From: Octopus sinensis | Lineage: Eukaryota | NCBI RefSeq assembly: GCF_006345805.1 | Contig: NC_042999.1 | Span: forward strand, 34,286,001-34,350,000 | DNA length: 64,000 nucleotides | Reading direction: 5' to 3' | In this document: positions 12,470 through 27,448 of the stretch, piece by piece | How the letters are laid out: each line of letters starts with the position of its first letter | Position numbering within the stretch: position 1 is the stretch's first letter | The notes under the pieces: model-generated | What the model was told of the DNA's origin: nothing | What the model saw: only the letters and a program-made list of their open reading frames with translations | Database searches by the model: none | Program-made: the position numbers and the translations under genes

Positions 12470-15400
12470 TGATTAAAATGTTTGGTGAAAATATTGAAAA
12501 GGTGTGCTGAAAATGTTTCATTAAAATGTTTCATGAAAATGTTTCATGAAAATGTTTCATGAAAATATTTGAATATTTGATGAAAATATCTGATGAAAAT
12601 GTTCGAATGTTTGATGAACATGTTTGATGAAAATGTCTAATGAAAATATCTAATGAAAATATTGATGATAATGTTTGATGAAAATATTTGATGAAAATGT
12701 CTGATGAAAATGTTTGATGAAAATGTGTGATGAAAATTTCAGATGAAGATATCTAAGGAAATTGTTGATGATGTTTGATGAAAATTTTTGATGAAAGTGT
12801 CTGATGAAAATTATTTGATGAAAATGTTTGAGGTTATGTTTGGTGTTATTTTGTTGTTGTAGTCATCATCATCATTATTGTTGGTGTTGTTAATGTTATT
12901 ATCATCTACTTACTTATTATCATCTATTTAGTCCTTCGATGTTTACCCGTCTCGTACAAGCGTTTGTCAGTCATTGTAGATGACCAGGAGCAAGAAAATT
13001 ACTTACTTCTACGAATAGATGGTGTCTCATTCAACAGTACATTTCACCACCAAACAAGAGACATAAGTCATATATGTACGGCAAAATTGATATAAAAATG
13101 AAATATAAATATAAAAGTACAGATTGATGAAAGTGTTTGATGAAAATGTTTGATGAAAATGTCTGATGAAAATATCTGATGAAAATGTTTGATGAAAATG
13201 TCTGATGAAAATGTTTGAGGAAAATGTCTGATTAAAACATTTGATGAATATGTTTGACGAAAATGTTTGATGAAAATGTCTGAGGAAAATGTTTGATGAA
13301 AATGTTTCATGAAAATGTTTGATGAAAGTGTTTGAATGTTTGAAAGTTTCATGAAAACATCTGTTGAAAATGTTTGAATGTTTGAATGTTTGAATGTTTC
13401 ATGAAAATGTTTGATGAAAATGTTTGATGAAAATATTTCATAAAAATGTCTGATGAAAATGTTTCATTAAAATGTTTGATGAAAATGTTTGAAAGTTTGA
13501 TGAAAATGTGTGATAAAAAAGCCTGAATGTTTGATGAAAATGTTTGATGAAAACGTTTGATGAAAATATCTGATGAAAATGTTGATCAAAAGGTTCGATG
13601 AATATGTCTGATGAAAATGGTTGATGAAAATGTATAAAGAAATGTTAGATAAAACTATCTGATGAAAATGTCTGATGAAAATGTTTGATGAAAATCTTTG
13701 ACGAAAATACTTGATGAAAATGTTTGATGAAAATGTCTGATGAAAATGTTGATCAAAAGTTTCGATGAATATGTCTGATGAATAGGTTTCATGGAAATGT
13801 TTCATGAAAATGTTTGACGAATATGTTTGAATATTTGACAAAAATGTTTAATAAAAATGTTTGATGAAGATGTCTACTGAAGTATTTGATGAAAATGTCT
13901 GGTGAAAATGTTTGATGAAGATGTCGGATGAAAATATTTGATATGTTTGTTGAAAATGTTCGATGGAAATGTTTGGTGAAAATATCTGTTGAAAACGTTC
14001 CATTTTAAGGTTTGATGAAAATGTTTGATGAATATTTCTGACGAAAATATTTGATGAAAATGTTTGATGAAAATGTCTGTAGAAAATGCACAATGAATAT
14101 GTTTGATGAATATGTTTGGTGAAAGTGTTTGATGAAAATGTCTGATGAAAATGTTTAATGATGAATATGTTTCAGGGAAATGTTTGATGAACATGTTTGA
14201 TGAAAATGTCTGATGAAAATGTTTGAGGAAAATGTTTGATGAATATGTCATGAACAAGTTTGATGAACATGTTTGATGAAAATTTCTGACGAAAATGTTT
14301 GATGAAAATGTTTTATGCAAACATCTGAAGAAAATATTTGATGAACATATCTGATGAAAATGTTTGATGAAAATGTCTGATGAATATGCTTGATGAATAT
14401 GTTTGATAAATATGTTTGATGAAAATGTCCGAATGTTTGCCGAAAACGTTTGACGAAAATGTTTGAAGAAAATGTTTGATTAAAATGTCTACTGAAATGT
14501 TTGATGAAAATGTCTGATGAATTTGTTTGATGAATATGTTTGATGGAAATATTTTGATGAAAATATTTGATGAAAATGTTTGATGAAAATACTTGATGAA
14601 AATGTCTGATGAAATTGTTTGATGAAAATATTTGATGTTTGAAGAAAATATTTGATGGAAACGTTTCTCGAAATTTTTTATGATGTTTATTGAATATATT
14701 TGATGAAAATTTTTTATGAAAATGTCTGAATAAAATGTTTAATGCAAAAGTTTGATGAAAATATCTGATGAAAATGTTATTGGAAAATGTTTGATGGAAA
14801 TGTATGATGGAAATATTTCATGAAAATGTTTGTTAAAAATGTTGATGAAACAGTTTAATGGAAATGTCTGATGAAAATATTTGATGAATATTTTTGATGA
14901 AAATGTCTGATGAAAATGTCTGAGGAAAAAGTTTGATGAAAATGTCTGATGAAGTATCTGATGAAAAGTTTTGATGAAAATGTCTTATGAAAATGTTTGG
15001 TGAAAATGTCTGATGAAAATGTTTGATGAAAATGTCTGATGAATATGTTTGATGAAAATGTTTGATGAAAATGTTTGATGAAAATGTTTGATGAATTTGA
15101 TGAAAATGTTTGATGAAAATATCTGATGAAAATGTTTGATGAAAATGTCTGATGAATATGTTTGATGAATATGTTTGATGATGTTTGATGAAAATGTTTG
15201 ATAAACATCCGATGAAGATGTTTGATGAAAATGTTTGATGAATATGTTTGATGATGTTTGATGAAAATGTTTGATAAACATCTGATGAAGATGTTTGATG
15301 AAAATATCTGATGAAAATGTTTGATGAAAATGTTTGATGAAAATGTTTGATGAAAAAGTTTGATGAAAATGTTTGACGGAAATATATGATGAAAATGTTT

Positions 15401-15495
15401 GATGAAAATGTTTGATGGAAATGTTTGATGAAATTTATTGATGAACATATCTAATGAAAATGCTTCGTGAAAATGTCTGATATGTTTGATGAAAA
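12470..15495. repeat. ~3-kb satellite of 13-bp unit TGATGAAAATGTT (variants ATGTCTGATG, ATATTTGATG)
   Basis: Direct reading; the 13-bp period explains the 13-aa HFHQTFSSNIFIK periodicity of the minus-strand ORFs. Confidence 0.95.
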
Positions 15496-15499
15496 TGTC

Positions 15500-15760
15500 T
15501 CCTGTCCTCGGAACATTCCAGTAAATCTCATTCTCGGAATTTTCCCGGAACTCACATCCTCGGAACTTTCTATTAAGTCCTCCGATTTTTCCAGGAAACC
15601 TAAATCTCGGAAGTTTCCATGATATCTCCCATCCCCGTAACTTTCGAGTATGTTCTCGGAATTTTCCTGGATGTTCCAACCACGGAACTTTCCATGTAGT
15701 CTCTCATCCTTGGAACTTTCCAGAAAGTCTAGACCTTGAACTTTCCAGTAAGTCTCTCAG
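15500..15760. repeat. Short degenerate array of CTCGGAACTTTCC motifs spaced ~20-35 bp
   Basis: About nine variants of CGGAACTTTCC read directly. Confidence 0.75.
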
Positions 15761-16602
15761 TTAGGGTTAGACTTATGAGCGAAACAACGCTCCTCTGAAG
15801 TGATCTTCTTAGTTAACCGCGTCAGGATCACGGTTGGTAATGCTTTTAATATTTCCTTTTTGTATACATTAATCTGAAATTGTCGTATACATTTCTTCGC
15901 AAATTAGGTAATTTCGGGGCTGGTCTGCAATCCTTTGTAGTTAAACGTTTCCTTTCAAAATCTGTTTTCTTATTTTTTTTATTAAACTGGACTAGTATTT
16001 CGAACGAGCATAAATATCAAAGCATTTAACAATGAGCATCAAATATCATAATATCCTAAATGAGAAAACCGATATGACTGAAAGAATTTTAAAAGAGCTT
16101 TTATTTTTAGGCTGAGGTCAAACAGTCGAATCCATTCACCCATGTCATCAGTCTTTAGCGCCATCAACTACAAAGAACTTGAGAGAGGTGACAGACAGAG
16201 AGAAGACAAAAACCTTCACAAATTTTCAGCATTACAATAATTCGGAGTTATTTTTGTCAGAATAGAGCTGTCTTCAAGAATCCAAGTAATGCTACGTATT
16301 GAAGAGTAGCCGTAGATGCTGGTCATGTTGTTGTTCTTGTTGTTTGCTGCTACTGTTGTTGTCATATAGTTTTTATTTTGATGCTACTTTGCTTCAGAAG
16401 TTAGTTAGTCATAAATTCCCTTGGGAATTTTAAGCCCAGTTTCATCACTTTTATTTATTTATTTTGGTTCTTTGTTTTTGCTTTGAAACGAAATCTAGCT
16501 TCAAGCATCTTATACAGATAATTCTTTAGACACTATTTTCTGAAACTGGTAAAATTACGTAGGGGTGCAAATTTTGATCTTGCGTCACCTGTTCCCGGCC
16601 CT

Positions 16603-16697
<95 letters not shown>

Positions 16698-17241
16698 TAG
16701 TGGTACATATGCATATATATATATATTATATATATAAATGATAAATATATATGCACATAGTATATACTTATATTTAGACACACATAATGTATATATAAGA
16801 ATTCATATCATATTATATTCAGCACGTGTATATGTGTTCTATAAAACGTGTACTGCCACAGAACAGCCGCTACTTATATGCTAGAAATTATAAAATTATA
16901 AGCGTAAAATCTACATTAATGATAAATGCCACTAAGTATTCATACATTGATAACTTACATATGTGTATGTGTGTGTACTGTGTGTGTGCGCGTGTGCGTT
17001 TATGTGTAAGCACTTTTACTAATATTACCAAACCTAAATTCTGTTTTCCTTTTTCCTTTTTCCTATTTAAATAACATATCACCATGTTAAACGAAAAGAA
17101 CGTTGTCAAAGGGGAAAAACAGAAATTTACAATACAAAATTTATAAAGTTGCTACTTTTCATTCCCTCAAGCTCTTACGTTTATAAACTAGGTTAGAGTT
17201 TCTATAAACATTTTGAAAGCTAATATATATATGTATATATA

Positions 17242-17302
<61 letters not shown>

Positions 17303-17460
17303 TTTATTTTGTAATTCAAATTTCGTTGCCGATTAAAATTCGAACAGGGATGGAAGTCTAAAAAATTCTATTACTATATTTCTAAGTATATTTACGTGTG
17401 TGTGCGAGTGTGTGTGTTCATGTTTGTATGTACTTAAACATATACATCTTTGTATGAGTA

Positions 17461-17499
<39 letters not shown>

Positions 17500-17584
17500 A
17501 ATCTGAAGTATGCACCAAATATTTCTTCACACTTTCTTGAAACAGTAAATGAAAACCTGAAAACCACGTTGGTTTTTACATCTG

Positions 17585-18819
17585 AGGTTGAGTCAAAGAT
17601 TTTTCATATTTCAAACTTTAATTAATAGTCCAAGCAAATTATATGCGAAAAGCGTTTAATCATCAAAATACACCCCCTTGTATTTTATTGTCCCTTGCCA
17701 TTCACACGTTCTGCCAGACGATCAATTCCATACATATATCATCTGACTAGCTTAGATGCAAAAACTCCTTTTACAGGCCCTTCCAAATCGTTGAAACTCC
17801 GTGTGTGCAGGAAATAAACCATAGCTTGGAAATGGTCATATAATAATGGTGCAGGTTCGAATATGTAGAAGCAGCACTTCCAGTATCTTGAGTTCCATAT
17901 ATTCGTGCTTAGTCACATTAGCAGTGTGTGCTGAGGCATTGTCATGCTTTAAGTGTGTGCATTTTTGACTGACCAATGGCGGGTAGCAGAGATTTCAAAA
18001 TGGCATATACTCTCTGCTGGTGCTGCGGTTAAAGATTAGCGTTATCAGCGTGACCCTCTGAAACAAGTTCAATGTAAGACCCGCACATGAAAATCCACCA
18101 TGCATACAATATGAACAACTGCTCAAAATACACTTGTCTGACTACAGGTACTGAAGCCTGTGCGAAACGAAGTCACTGCTGCCTCCTTTCTAGGTTTACA
18201 GTTCGACCCCAAAAAGCACATCCCAAGGATTTGCCACCAGTCTTTTACAAATGTTCACACTTCATCGAACCTGGCCACTGGTCAGTTTATGAGGGACTTC
18301 TGAAGATCAACAATGCCTGCTCTCAAGACCGAGCTTATGGTAGTATCGATTGATATTTCTTTCTGAAGAACCAAGTTCTTCCCATAATGTACGAGTGCTT
18401 GTGCTTGGCGGTTGTTCAAGCATTTCCAGCAAAGCCTCATCTACCACAGCAGAAGGTTTTCTCGACCTTAGTTTGTTTTCGAGTTTGGTGACCCCTTCCT
18501 TGAAGCGTCTGAACCCGTTTTGCCTCTCACGATCGTTCATTGTTCCTGGGCTTTCCAAACCATTAATTTATTTTGCCGCTGTCCTGAGACTCAGACAGGT
18601 AGCAGGAAATGGGCTTAATTTTTTACCACTCATTATCAAAACAATACAATGAATAATATGAATAATAAACGATTAATACTTACATGTTATGTATGAATAT
18701 AAGGAATAAATAATTCGGCAACGATCTGGAAACACGTTGTTTCAAATTAATGATATAACTAGGAGATGCAATTAGGCAACAATCTTCAGTAAAAATCTGA
18801 CAAACATTTAACTCAACCT
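17585..18819 (-). mobile_element. Near full-length degenerate mariner (~1.24 kb)
   Basis: 27-bp TIRs at 17585-17611 and 18793-18819 (AGGTTGAGTYAAA.., 5 mismatches); FRRFKEG...RSRKPSAVVDEALLEMLEQ N-terminus; LHDNASAHT motif. Confidence 0.85.
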
Positions 18820-18897
<78 letters not shown>

Positions 18898-19319
18898 AGT
18901 GGATGTGTGGTAAGTAGCTTCTTTAGCAACCACATCGTTCCGGATTCAGTCCTACTGCGTGGCACCTTGGGCAAGTGTCTTCTACTATAGCCTCGGGCCG
19001 ACCAAAGCCTTGTGATTGGATTTGGTAGACGGAAACTGAAAGAAGCCCGTCGTATATATGTATATATATATATATGTGTGTGTGCGTGTATGTTGCGTGT
19101 ATGTTTGTGTGTCTTTGTTTGTCACCATAGCATTGCTTGACAACCGATGCTGGTGTGTTTATGTCCCCGTCACTTAGCGATTCGGCAAAAGACCTAGAAT
19201 AAATACTGGGCTTACAAAGAATAAGTCCCGGGGTCGAGTTGTTCGATTAAAGGCGGTACTTCAGCATGGCCGCAGTCAAATGACTGAAACAAGTAAAAGA
19301 GTAAAAGAGAGAGTAAAGA

Positions 19320-19320
<1 letters not shown>
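18898..19320 (+). mobile_element. SINE family B, near full length (tRNA head, CORE-like GGCACCTTGGGCAAGTGTC, internal microsatellite, LINE-like tail)
   Basis: Matches reverse complement of 42368-42803; ends in (GTAAAAGA)n. Confidence 0.85.
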
Positions 19321-19360
<40 letters not shown>

Positions 19361-19614
19361 CGTAAGGCAGAAATAAATCTAGCATAGTTACCAGTAGCTG
19401 CTGAGAGTATTTTTGTATGCCTTTAATATACATTCTGTATTTAAATACTGCAAGTCCACGAGAGATACGATCTTACAACGAATAACAAAATAAATTTGCT
19501 TTTCTTCAGGTATCCATGTTAACGTTGATACATACATATCTATTTTTAACTTAATACTTTTTGTGCTGCATTCAAAATTTATACACACACACACACACAC
19601 ACACACATACATAC

Positions 19615-19668
<54 letters not shown>

Positions 19669-19845
19669 ATTTATTCTCTGGTATTTGTTATATAGAATTT
19701 TACGTTAAATTAATTCTCTCGATTTTAAACGGATATCTACTAAAATACACACGCACATATACATATGCAATATATATACATATAATTATATATACGTGTT
19801 TTATACATTCATGTGAAAACACACATATACACACACTCATATATA

Positions 19846-19899
<54 letters not shown>

Positions 19900-21129
19900 A
19901 TCTTTATCATAAATTTATAAATATTTATGTATGGAAAGCACTTCTCTTCAGTCTTGAATAAATGTGTATGCATGAGAATTACCTTCCTTTGTGCATCAGA
20001 GGTTTGGTTAAAATTCTGTTTAAGATAAGTTGTGATTTTCTCTTTGTATGTTTTTTTTTATTTTTTCCTTATTTAAGTTGAAGATGTGTCTATTCTACAA
20101 TATTCGCCTTCACTATCCTTAATTTTTATGTTTTTAGCAAAGGAAATATCGTTTGAAATATGCTTATTTATAATCTCAGTACCACCTAGCAAGAATCTAA
20201 TCTGAACATTTTAATTGTTCTAAACACATACAAAGTTTCATAAACACAATCTCATCACAATATAAGCATCATTCAAAATAAAACTGCTGAAAATTTGTGT
20301 GCGTGTGGAAGTAAGAGGCAGTCATTAAAAAAAATACATTTATTATTAGAAATAGTAGAGCGTTATTCAAAATTCACGAAATGGTATTTAGGTCAATCAC
20401 GCCGGGTGTCATGCATAATTTCCGATAGTCTCCACTCTACATTAGTCAGGTTTGCAAAACGTTTAGGCTAAGAGTACAAAATCCTTTCCTTTTTACAGTG
20501 TGCCATTTCTTGGTAGGCTTACTCCCTCAATGTATCACTGGGGGTTATTTATTTTCAGCTAAGAATACCAAGAGTCATCATTTTATCTTTTACCGGTTAT
20601 ATTTACTGGACTTCAGTCATGCTGAGACAATGCTAGAAGGGTTTACTAGAAGTACTTATTTTCTTTTTAAATCGCGTATTGATCCTACCGGTCTCTTTTG
20701 TCGAACCATCATGTTGTTGGAATGTAAACAAACCAACATCTGTTAGTAAGTAGTACTAAATGACAAAACAAACACATAGATACAAATATAGTCGTATACA
20801 CATACATACACCGATCTTCTTTCAGATTCTATTTACCAAATACATTTACAAAATTTTGTAGGTTCGGTACTAAAGAAGACACTCATACAAAGTGACATGA
20901 TGTGTAACTGAACCCGGAACTGAACATTTTTTCCACATATGCCACACATGTAAAGTGAAGTGCTTCCCTGCTGGCCACAACGTGCTTTTTGGATTTAGAA
21001 TCGAAACCATGAGCCTATGAATGTGAGCCTAATGGGCTAATCCTTAGGCTACACCCGGCATTCGATGATATAACTCACCAATGAAGTACGGAGAGGATTG
21101 ATTTGACTATGTCGCTCAAGCCAGTTTAA

Positions 21130-21365
21130 AACTTCATTCTTTTATTCTTTTATTTGTTTCATTCATCTGATAGCGGCCATGCTGGAGCACCGCCTTGAAG
21201 GATTTTAATTTTAAAAAATTGACCCCAAGATTCATTTTTTTTAAGCCCAGTACTTATTCTATAGTTTCTTTTGCCGATTCGCTAAGTTACGAGGACGCAA
21301 GCACACCAACAACGGTTGTCAAGATGTGATGGGGAGGGTCAAATAGCGACACACAAACACACATA
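21130..21365 (-). mobile_element. SINE family B 3' half (further degenerate pieces at 20600-20935, 31917-32065, 32610-32785, 61915-61975)
   Basis: GCGGCCATGCTGGAGCACCGCC and CCAACAACGGTTGTCAAG diagnostic segments. Confidence 0.75.
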
Positions 21366-21369
21366 GATA

Positions 21370-21432
<63 letters not shown>

Positions 21433-21479
21433 GTATGTATATATATATATATATGTGTGTGTGTATATCTAGATATGTG

Positions 21480-21519
<40 letters not shown>

Positions 21520-21710
21520 TACATGGTACAAATTTATAGACAAAACAAAGACGAAGACAAGTGTAGGAAAAAAAGCCAGAGTATTAGTTTGACGATCAGG
21601 AAAGATACAAAAGTCTTTTAAGTTTCGAGTCAACGCTCTTCGTCAGAAAGGAATTAGAGGAAATATATACAGAGAGAATGAACGTAGAGTGTAAAAGTTC
21701 AGAAAGTTCA
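21520..21710 (-). mobile_element. Penelope-type terminal repeat fragment with minimal hammerhead-like motif
   Basis: Reverse strand CTTT CTGACGAAGAG CGTTGA CTC GAAA CTTA AAAG at 21615-21650, adjacent to (TA)n; related to 36850-37040. Confidence 0.55.
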
Positions 21711-21819
21711 GTAAGTTCACAAGGGGCTTCTTTCAGTTTCTGTCTACCAAATGTATGTGTGTAGTTGCATATATATGTGTGTATATATGTTCGTGTGTGT
21801 CTTTGTATTTGAGGGAGAG

Positions 21820-22265
21820 GAGGTGGAGTTGAGGTGAGGGATTGTGATGGTGGTGGCGACGATTCCAATGATCATGGTGGTGGTAATGGGTATAGCAGTG
21901 CTGCTGGTGCTGCTGATTCTGCTTATGCTGCTGATGCTGCTGCCGTTGCTTCTGATGATGCTACAGATGATGATAATGATGATGACGACGACGATCATGA
22001 AGATGGCGACAGTAACGGCAGCGTTGCTGTTGACAACGCTACGATAACGGTAAAAAGTACTCTTGGTATTACTGGTATTGCTCTCTCTATCTGTTGGTGA
22101 CGACTATGACGACGACGACGACTATGAAGAAGACCACGATGACAACGAAAACAACAGATGACAATGATGATGACGACGATGGTGACTACGACGACGACGA
22201 CGATGATGATGATGAGGAGGAGGAGGAGGAGGAGAGGAGGAGGAGGAGGAGGAGGAGGAGGAGGA
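21820..22265. repeat. Compound trinucleotide region (GAT/GCT/GAC/GAG)n
   Basis: Direct reading; pure (GAG)n near 22214-22265. Confidence 0.9.
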
Positions 22266-22849
22266 ATTTGATGTTTAGCCACTGAACATCTATGACAACA
22301 TTTATGATTGAATAAACTAAATAATAAAATTGTTGATGCTGAAACATTTTCGTATTCGTCTATGAAACTTAGTGTAAGCAAGATTTCATTCCAAACCCAT
22401 GTGACCTCCATTCCTTAAACCCAAAATGCTTCTGCTCTTTCTTAATAGGTTTAGCGACCTTCTAGATGAATAATGTTTGTTGACATATAAAAGCTAGGCA
22501 ATGTTAAATTACTTCATTAATCATATTATTGATACAGTGCTTTCCTAACAATTACACCATTAAAAATTGAAATAAATAGCAAATAAGCATATCACTACAC
22601 TCATTTTAAGTGTTAAGTATGTTCAATACCTGGTCTCAGGCCATACTGTAGTGTAGCACAAATATTTCGATAGGGCATTGTACAGACACAATTAATTCTT
22701 ATTGTTGTTCCGTATTTTATTGGTATGTATTTATCGAGTAGCATCGCTTAAGTTGCTTCTAACTTGAAGGTATATTTACGACTATGTAACTATACTATAA
22801 TTTACCAATTGCAACAGCCAAGTACATAAGCACACAACACGCACGCGCA

Positions 22850-22891
<42 letters not shown>

Positions 22892-22899
22892 GACAGAGA

Positions 22900-23221
<322 letters not shown>

Positions 23222-23523
23222 TCAATTGAAATACACAATTCAAATAAATGAATAATGAAATTAACGGACAAAAATAGGACATACACAAGGAAGGCATTAG
23301 CTTGACACTCGATAAAAACAGATACCCTGACGTTAGGAGCCTAGATCTTCGTCGGAAACGAGAAAGGAAAAAGTCCACAGAAGGATAAGAAATCGCCAAC
23401 AGTGCTAGCGTGGCTGCAGGTGCGTGTATATATAATGTGTGTGAATGTGCATATGCTTACGTGCTTCTATATATATCTGTACCAAGGACTTCAGCCGTTT
23501 TCCATTATATATATGAATGTGTA

Positions 23524-23586
<63 letters not shown>

Positions 23587-23588
<2 letters not shown>

Positions 23589-23760
23589 TATCAGTATAGC
23601 CCGGCATGGTTCGGGTTTGATTTTTTTAGTTGCGCTTAAAACGGTTTTTTAGACAGTTTTTTTCCATTCCTTTTTTTCCTCATTCTTTTTTTCACAACAC
23701 ATTCTTGACAGAAAATTCACAATTTTCTTCTTAACAGAAATAGTTCACATTTTTGCCACC
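23587..23760 (-). mobile_element. Helitron-like 3' end fragment
   Basis: Reverse strand CCCGAACCATGCCGGG hairpin then CTATACTGATAG|T (degenerate CTAG), similar to the 31011-31394 terminus. Confidence 0.5.
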
Positions 23761-23779
23761 AAAATGTTTATTCCAAATG

Positions 23780-24946
23780 TATTACCTCCTTCTTGAAATT
23801 TTCCAGCTTTGTATAGTCCACAACCGGCAGCCTTCCATTTTAGTACACGGGCCTCTCCATTCCTGCCATAAACTCACTATCACACACCTTTCCTACTCTG
23901 GGAGCCACCACTTAGGAAGTTTCACTCTCACCAAATTTTTCCCACTTTGGTATTTTCTTCTCTACGCCTATTGATTTCTTGTAAAAAATCAGGACTCCTT
24001 TTATGCTCACATTTAAACTCACGGGTCTTTGCACCTTCTGGTCTTTTCTCTTCTTCTTGTGTTTCAGGCAGCTCTATATCCTTTATGTCCGTCTTCTGTA
24101 ACACTTCCCTTGATTTTCCCTTCTTCATTCTCTTGGGGCTCCCCTCTTTTTTTGCTTTTGTTTCTTTCGCTATCCCTTCCTTCTCTTGCTCACAGTTCTT
24201 TTTTTTTTCTGTTTCTCTCTCCATCCTTCCTTGCATTTCCATTTTTCCCTCTGTCACCTATTTCTCGCTCTGTATCGGCTCGTTCTGTTTATATTTATAT
24301 TGCGGGCACTTCAATTTCATATGTCCCCTTTTACTGTAGATGTAGGAATTAGGTCTGCGACCCTCTACTATTACATTCAGGGAATTTTCCCCTTCAATCT
24401 CCATTTGGTAGGAAAGCCTCCCTATATATTCAAATGTGGTGCAGAGTCACATCTCAACTCCGCTACCCCACCAATTGAGTATGTCTGTTCTTCCAACTTC
24501 TGTGAGATCTGGACTATCTTCTGTGGTCTTTATGATAGCTACTATCAACCACTCTTTCTTTATATCAGGTGGTACCCTTGCTATCCTGACCCGGACGTGG
24601 CGCCTTTCCTTATACGTAGGTAACAGCAACAACTTTTCCGATCTTAGGACAGCTGGGGTGTGTGCGGCCGCTTCTTCTTTTGTTGCAAACATCAATTCTA
24701 CCGTGCCATATCTTCCTCAGCTTGCGAATGTTTCCTTCTGCCTTATACTTCCTAGGCATTCCGTTTTCTCAATCTTCTCTTCACTAGACTCTTGAGGAGG
24801 GACCAGCTTAATTGCGCCATCCTACTTTTTCACCAATCTCAACCCATTCGTTATTTCTTTTTTATCAGCATTCTGATAAAAAGCCATTTCCTGGCTTCTA
24901 ACGCCGTAGCTGCCTTGACCGCAGCGGTTTTCGCGTAGCTTGCCAT
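23780..24946 (-). pseudogene. L1/Tx1-type ORF1 relic
   Basis: Starts MASYAKTAA; RVRIARVPPDI; degenerate zinc knuckle GRRPNSYIYSKRGHMKLKCP; K/E-rich tail; stops present. Confidence 0.6.
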
Positions 24947-25069
24947 AAGGTTACGACCCGCCCCACCGACCAATGGGGAGAAAAGGAACAAAAACAACAG
25001 CAGCAAGTAACAACAACGCGCGTGAGACGCTTCAACAATACTATCAACAGTTTTCACCTTCCTCGCACG

Positions 25070-25104
<35 letters not shown>

Positions 25105-26300
25105 TACTGTAGTTTCAATTCAGAGCTGCGGCCGTGCTGATGCACCACCGTTTTGTTACACTGTTATGACTGAGAGCTTCCTCCAATATGTGGCACTTGG
25201 TGAGGAATGGAGTTTCATGTAGCTACCTTCATTTGGTAGGTTCATCTGGGACTCTCAATTGGAAGAGGTCCAGCCTTGATTTAAAAACGCCTACATCTAC
25301 ATTGTGTAGGTTCCTCAAGTTCTTTGGGAGAATATTAAAAAGCCGTGTGTCCCTGAAACCCAGGCTGTTGCAGTAACTGTTCCCGAAGCGCGATGGCGTT
25401 GCTGGGATCTTTGGTACTATGGCAATGGTGTAGCTTTCAATGCCAAATATGGCACAATTCTTTCTAGGATCTTCGAGATGTATATTACTGCATACCTCTT
25501 CCGTCTTTGCTCTCGGGAGTAGAACCTTAGCTGTTACAGCCTTTTCCAGTAGCTGCGTAGTTGCTAAGAGGCGATCTTCTTCGTGAAGCTTCGCTGGATT
25601 GCTTCAAGGTCTGCTGTTAATTTTACACGGTTGGGTGACCATAGCTGGGAGCAGTAATCCAAGTGGCTGAGGACGAATGTCCTCCATAGGACCATCATGG
25701 TTTCCTTATCTCTGGTTCTGAATGTTCTCAGAATCCAGCCAGCCAGCCGTGTGCACTTTGTCGCCATCCTGGTAATGTGCACTTGGTAAGAGGTATCATC
25801 ACTCATCGATACCCAGGTCCCTCACTGATTTAGGCTCTGGGATTGGAATTCCCTGTGGACGAGATTATCCTGTAAGTTTCATATTCAGTTTTGGACGCTG
25901 GTAGTGGAGGTCTTGGAATTTTTAAGCATTAATCTACATATTATCCTAAGCCACCTGTAAATTGAGTCCAACTCCTGTTGCAGATGTGCAACATCGCTGG
26001 GATTGTGTATTTCCTGCAAGATATTCGTATCGTCTGCGTAGTTAGCAATTGCAGCTATCCGGGCAGTTGAGGGCATATCTGAGAGGGCCACTATCAAAAG
26101 CAGTGGTCCAAAGACAGTGCCCTGTGAAACACTGTTCATTATTTGTGTTTTTTCATTGAGGTGGCTGCATTGGCCACTACATCCTGACTTCTATCTTTCA
26201 GAAAGTCATATAACCACTCTCCAAGTTTTCCAGCTATGCTGATATCACGCGGTTTGTGGCATATCATACAATGATCCACGTTGTCAAAAGCTTTTGAGTT
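25105..26300 (-). mobile_element. 5'-truncated CR1/L2-type LINE (RT relic and 3' tail)
   Basis: AFDNVDH, SQGTVFGPLL, YADDT, RLAGWILRTFRTRD, LDYCSQLWSP; same family as 58284-60690. Confidence 0.9.
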
Positions 26301-27401
26301 GTTGTATTGGTGGAAATAGCACAGACGTAAGTCTAAGACATTTCAATTTAAAAGAGAATTTAATAAAAAATTATTTTTAAAATATTTTTTTAAAAATATT
26401 ACTGGTTTTGATGAATTTCATCAAATATCAGTGAGAATTTATAAATGTTTAAAGTTAGAACATTTTATCTTCTGTCTGAAATCAAGAATATGTCTGGAGA
26501 TTTTTCGTTGAAGTTTTCTTTAAATATAGTTTTGTACAACGTTCAAAGTGATAGAGAGTGGGAGAAGTGTTTATTGTCTAAAAGAAATCTTTGTGAGTTC
26601 CTGCCAAGGAAGTGGCTAAAAAGTTATTGAATATGTTTTATGTCGCCCTGTGTATGTGTGTGTGTGTGTGTGTGTGTGTTTGTAAGTGCTTGTGTGTGTA
26701 TTTTGTTGAATGGTTTTTCAATATGTTTGGAAAGTGCCCAGCTGTGAGTTGATAGGTGTACATGTTGTGATTATTGTCTTGTTGAAGAAAGAATTAGGAT
26801 TTTCCTTTGGCTTAGATGTATTCTTTTAAGTCTCCACCGGGTATGTATCTGGTCTCCAGCTGTGTGTATATGCGCGTGTCCGTGTGTGGGTGTGGGTGTT
26901 TGTGTGGGTGTGTTTCTGCGTGTGTATGAGTAATGTTTTTCTGCGATGTCTTCTTTGTGTGTGTATTTTTGTGATGTTTTCTTTTGTATGTGTGTGTGTG
27001 AGTGTTTGTATGCGTTTTTGTGTGTATGTGTGTTTGTGATGTTTTCTTTTTGTATGTGTGTACGCTTGTGTGTGTTTACATGTAAGTGAGTGTAAGTGTG
27101 TATGTGTGTATAAGTGTATGTAAGTGTATGTATTTGTGTGTGTATGTGTGTGTGTGTGTACTGGCATATAAATATTGGAAAAAGATTTAGAAAATGATGG
27201 GAAATATCTTTCAAAATGATTATATGTATACAGTTGTTTTTAAGTGTCTGTTATTATTTATTGATTGTATTTTGGTCTATATTTAATTGTCCATATTTAA
27301 TAGGGGTACAAGGATTAGATGTACTTAAGGCTACTATAAAATAATAATGATAACAATAATAATAATAAAATGATAGATGTATGTATGTGTTTGGGTGGGT
27401 G

Positions 27402-27448
<47 letters not shown>

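Noticed and set aside
14855-15679. 274-aa His/Phe-rich ORF and neighbouring HFHQTFSSNIFIK ORFs
   Set aside because: Translation artefact of the 13-bp satellite strand that lacks stop codons
21834-22411. Asp/Glu/Pro-rich ORFs, and likewise the 35093-35449 and all YI/HT/CV-repeat ORFs
   Set aside because: Translations of tri- and dinucleotide microsatellites
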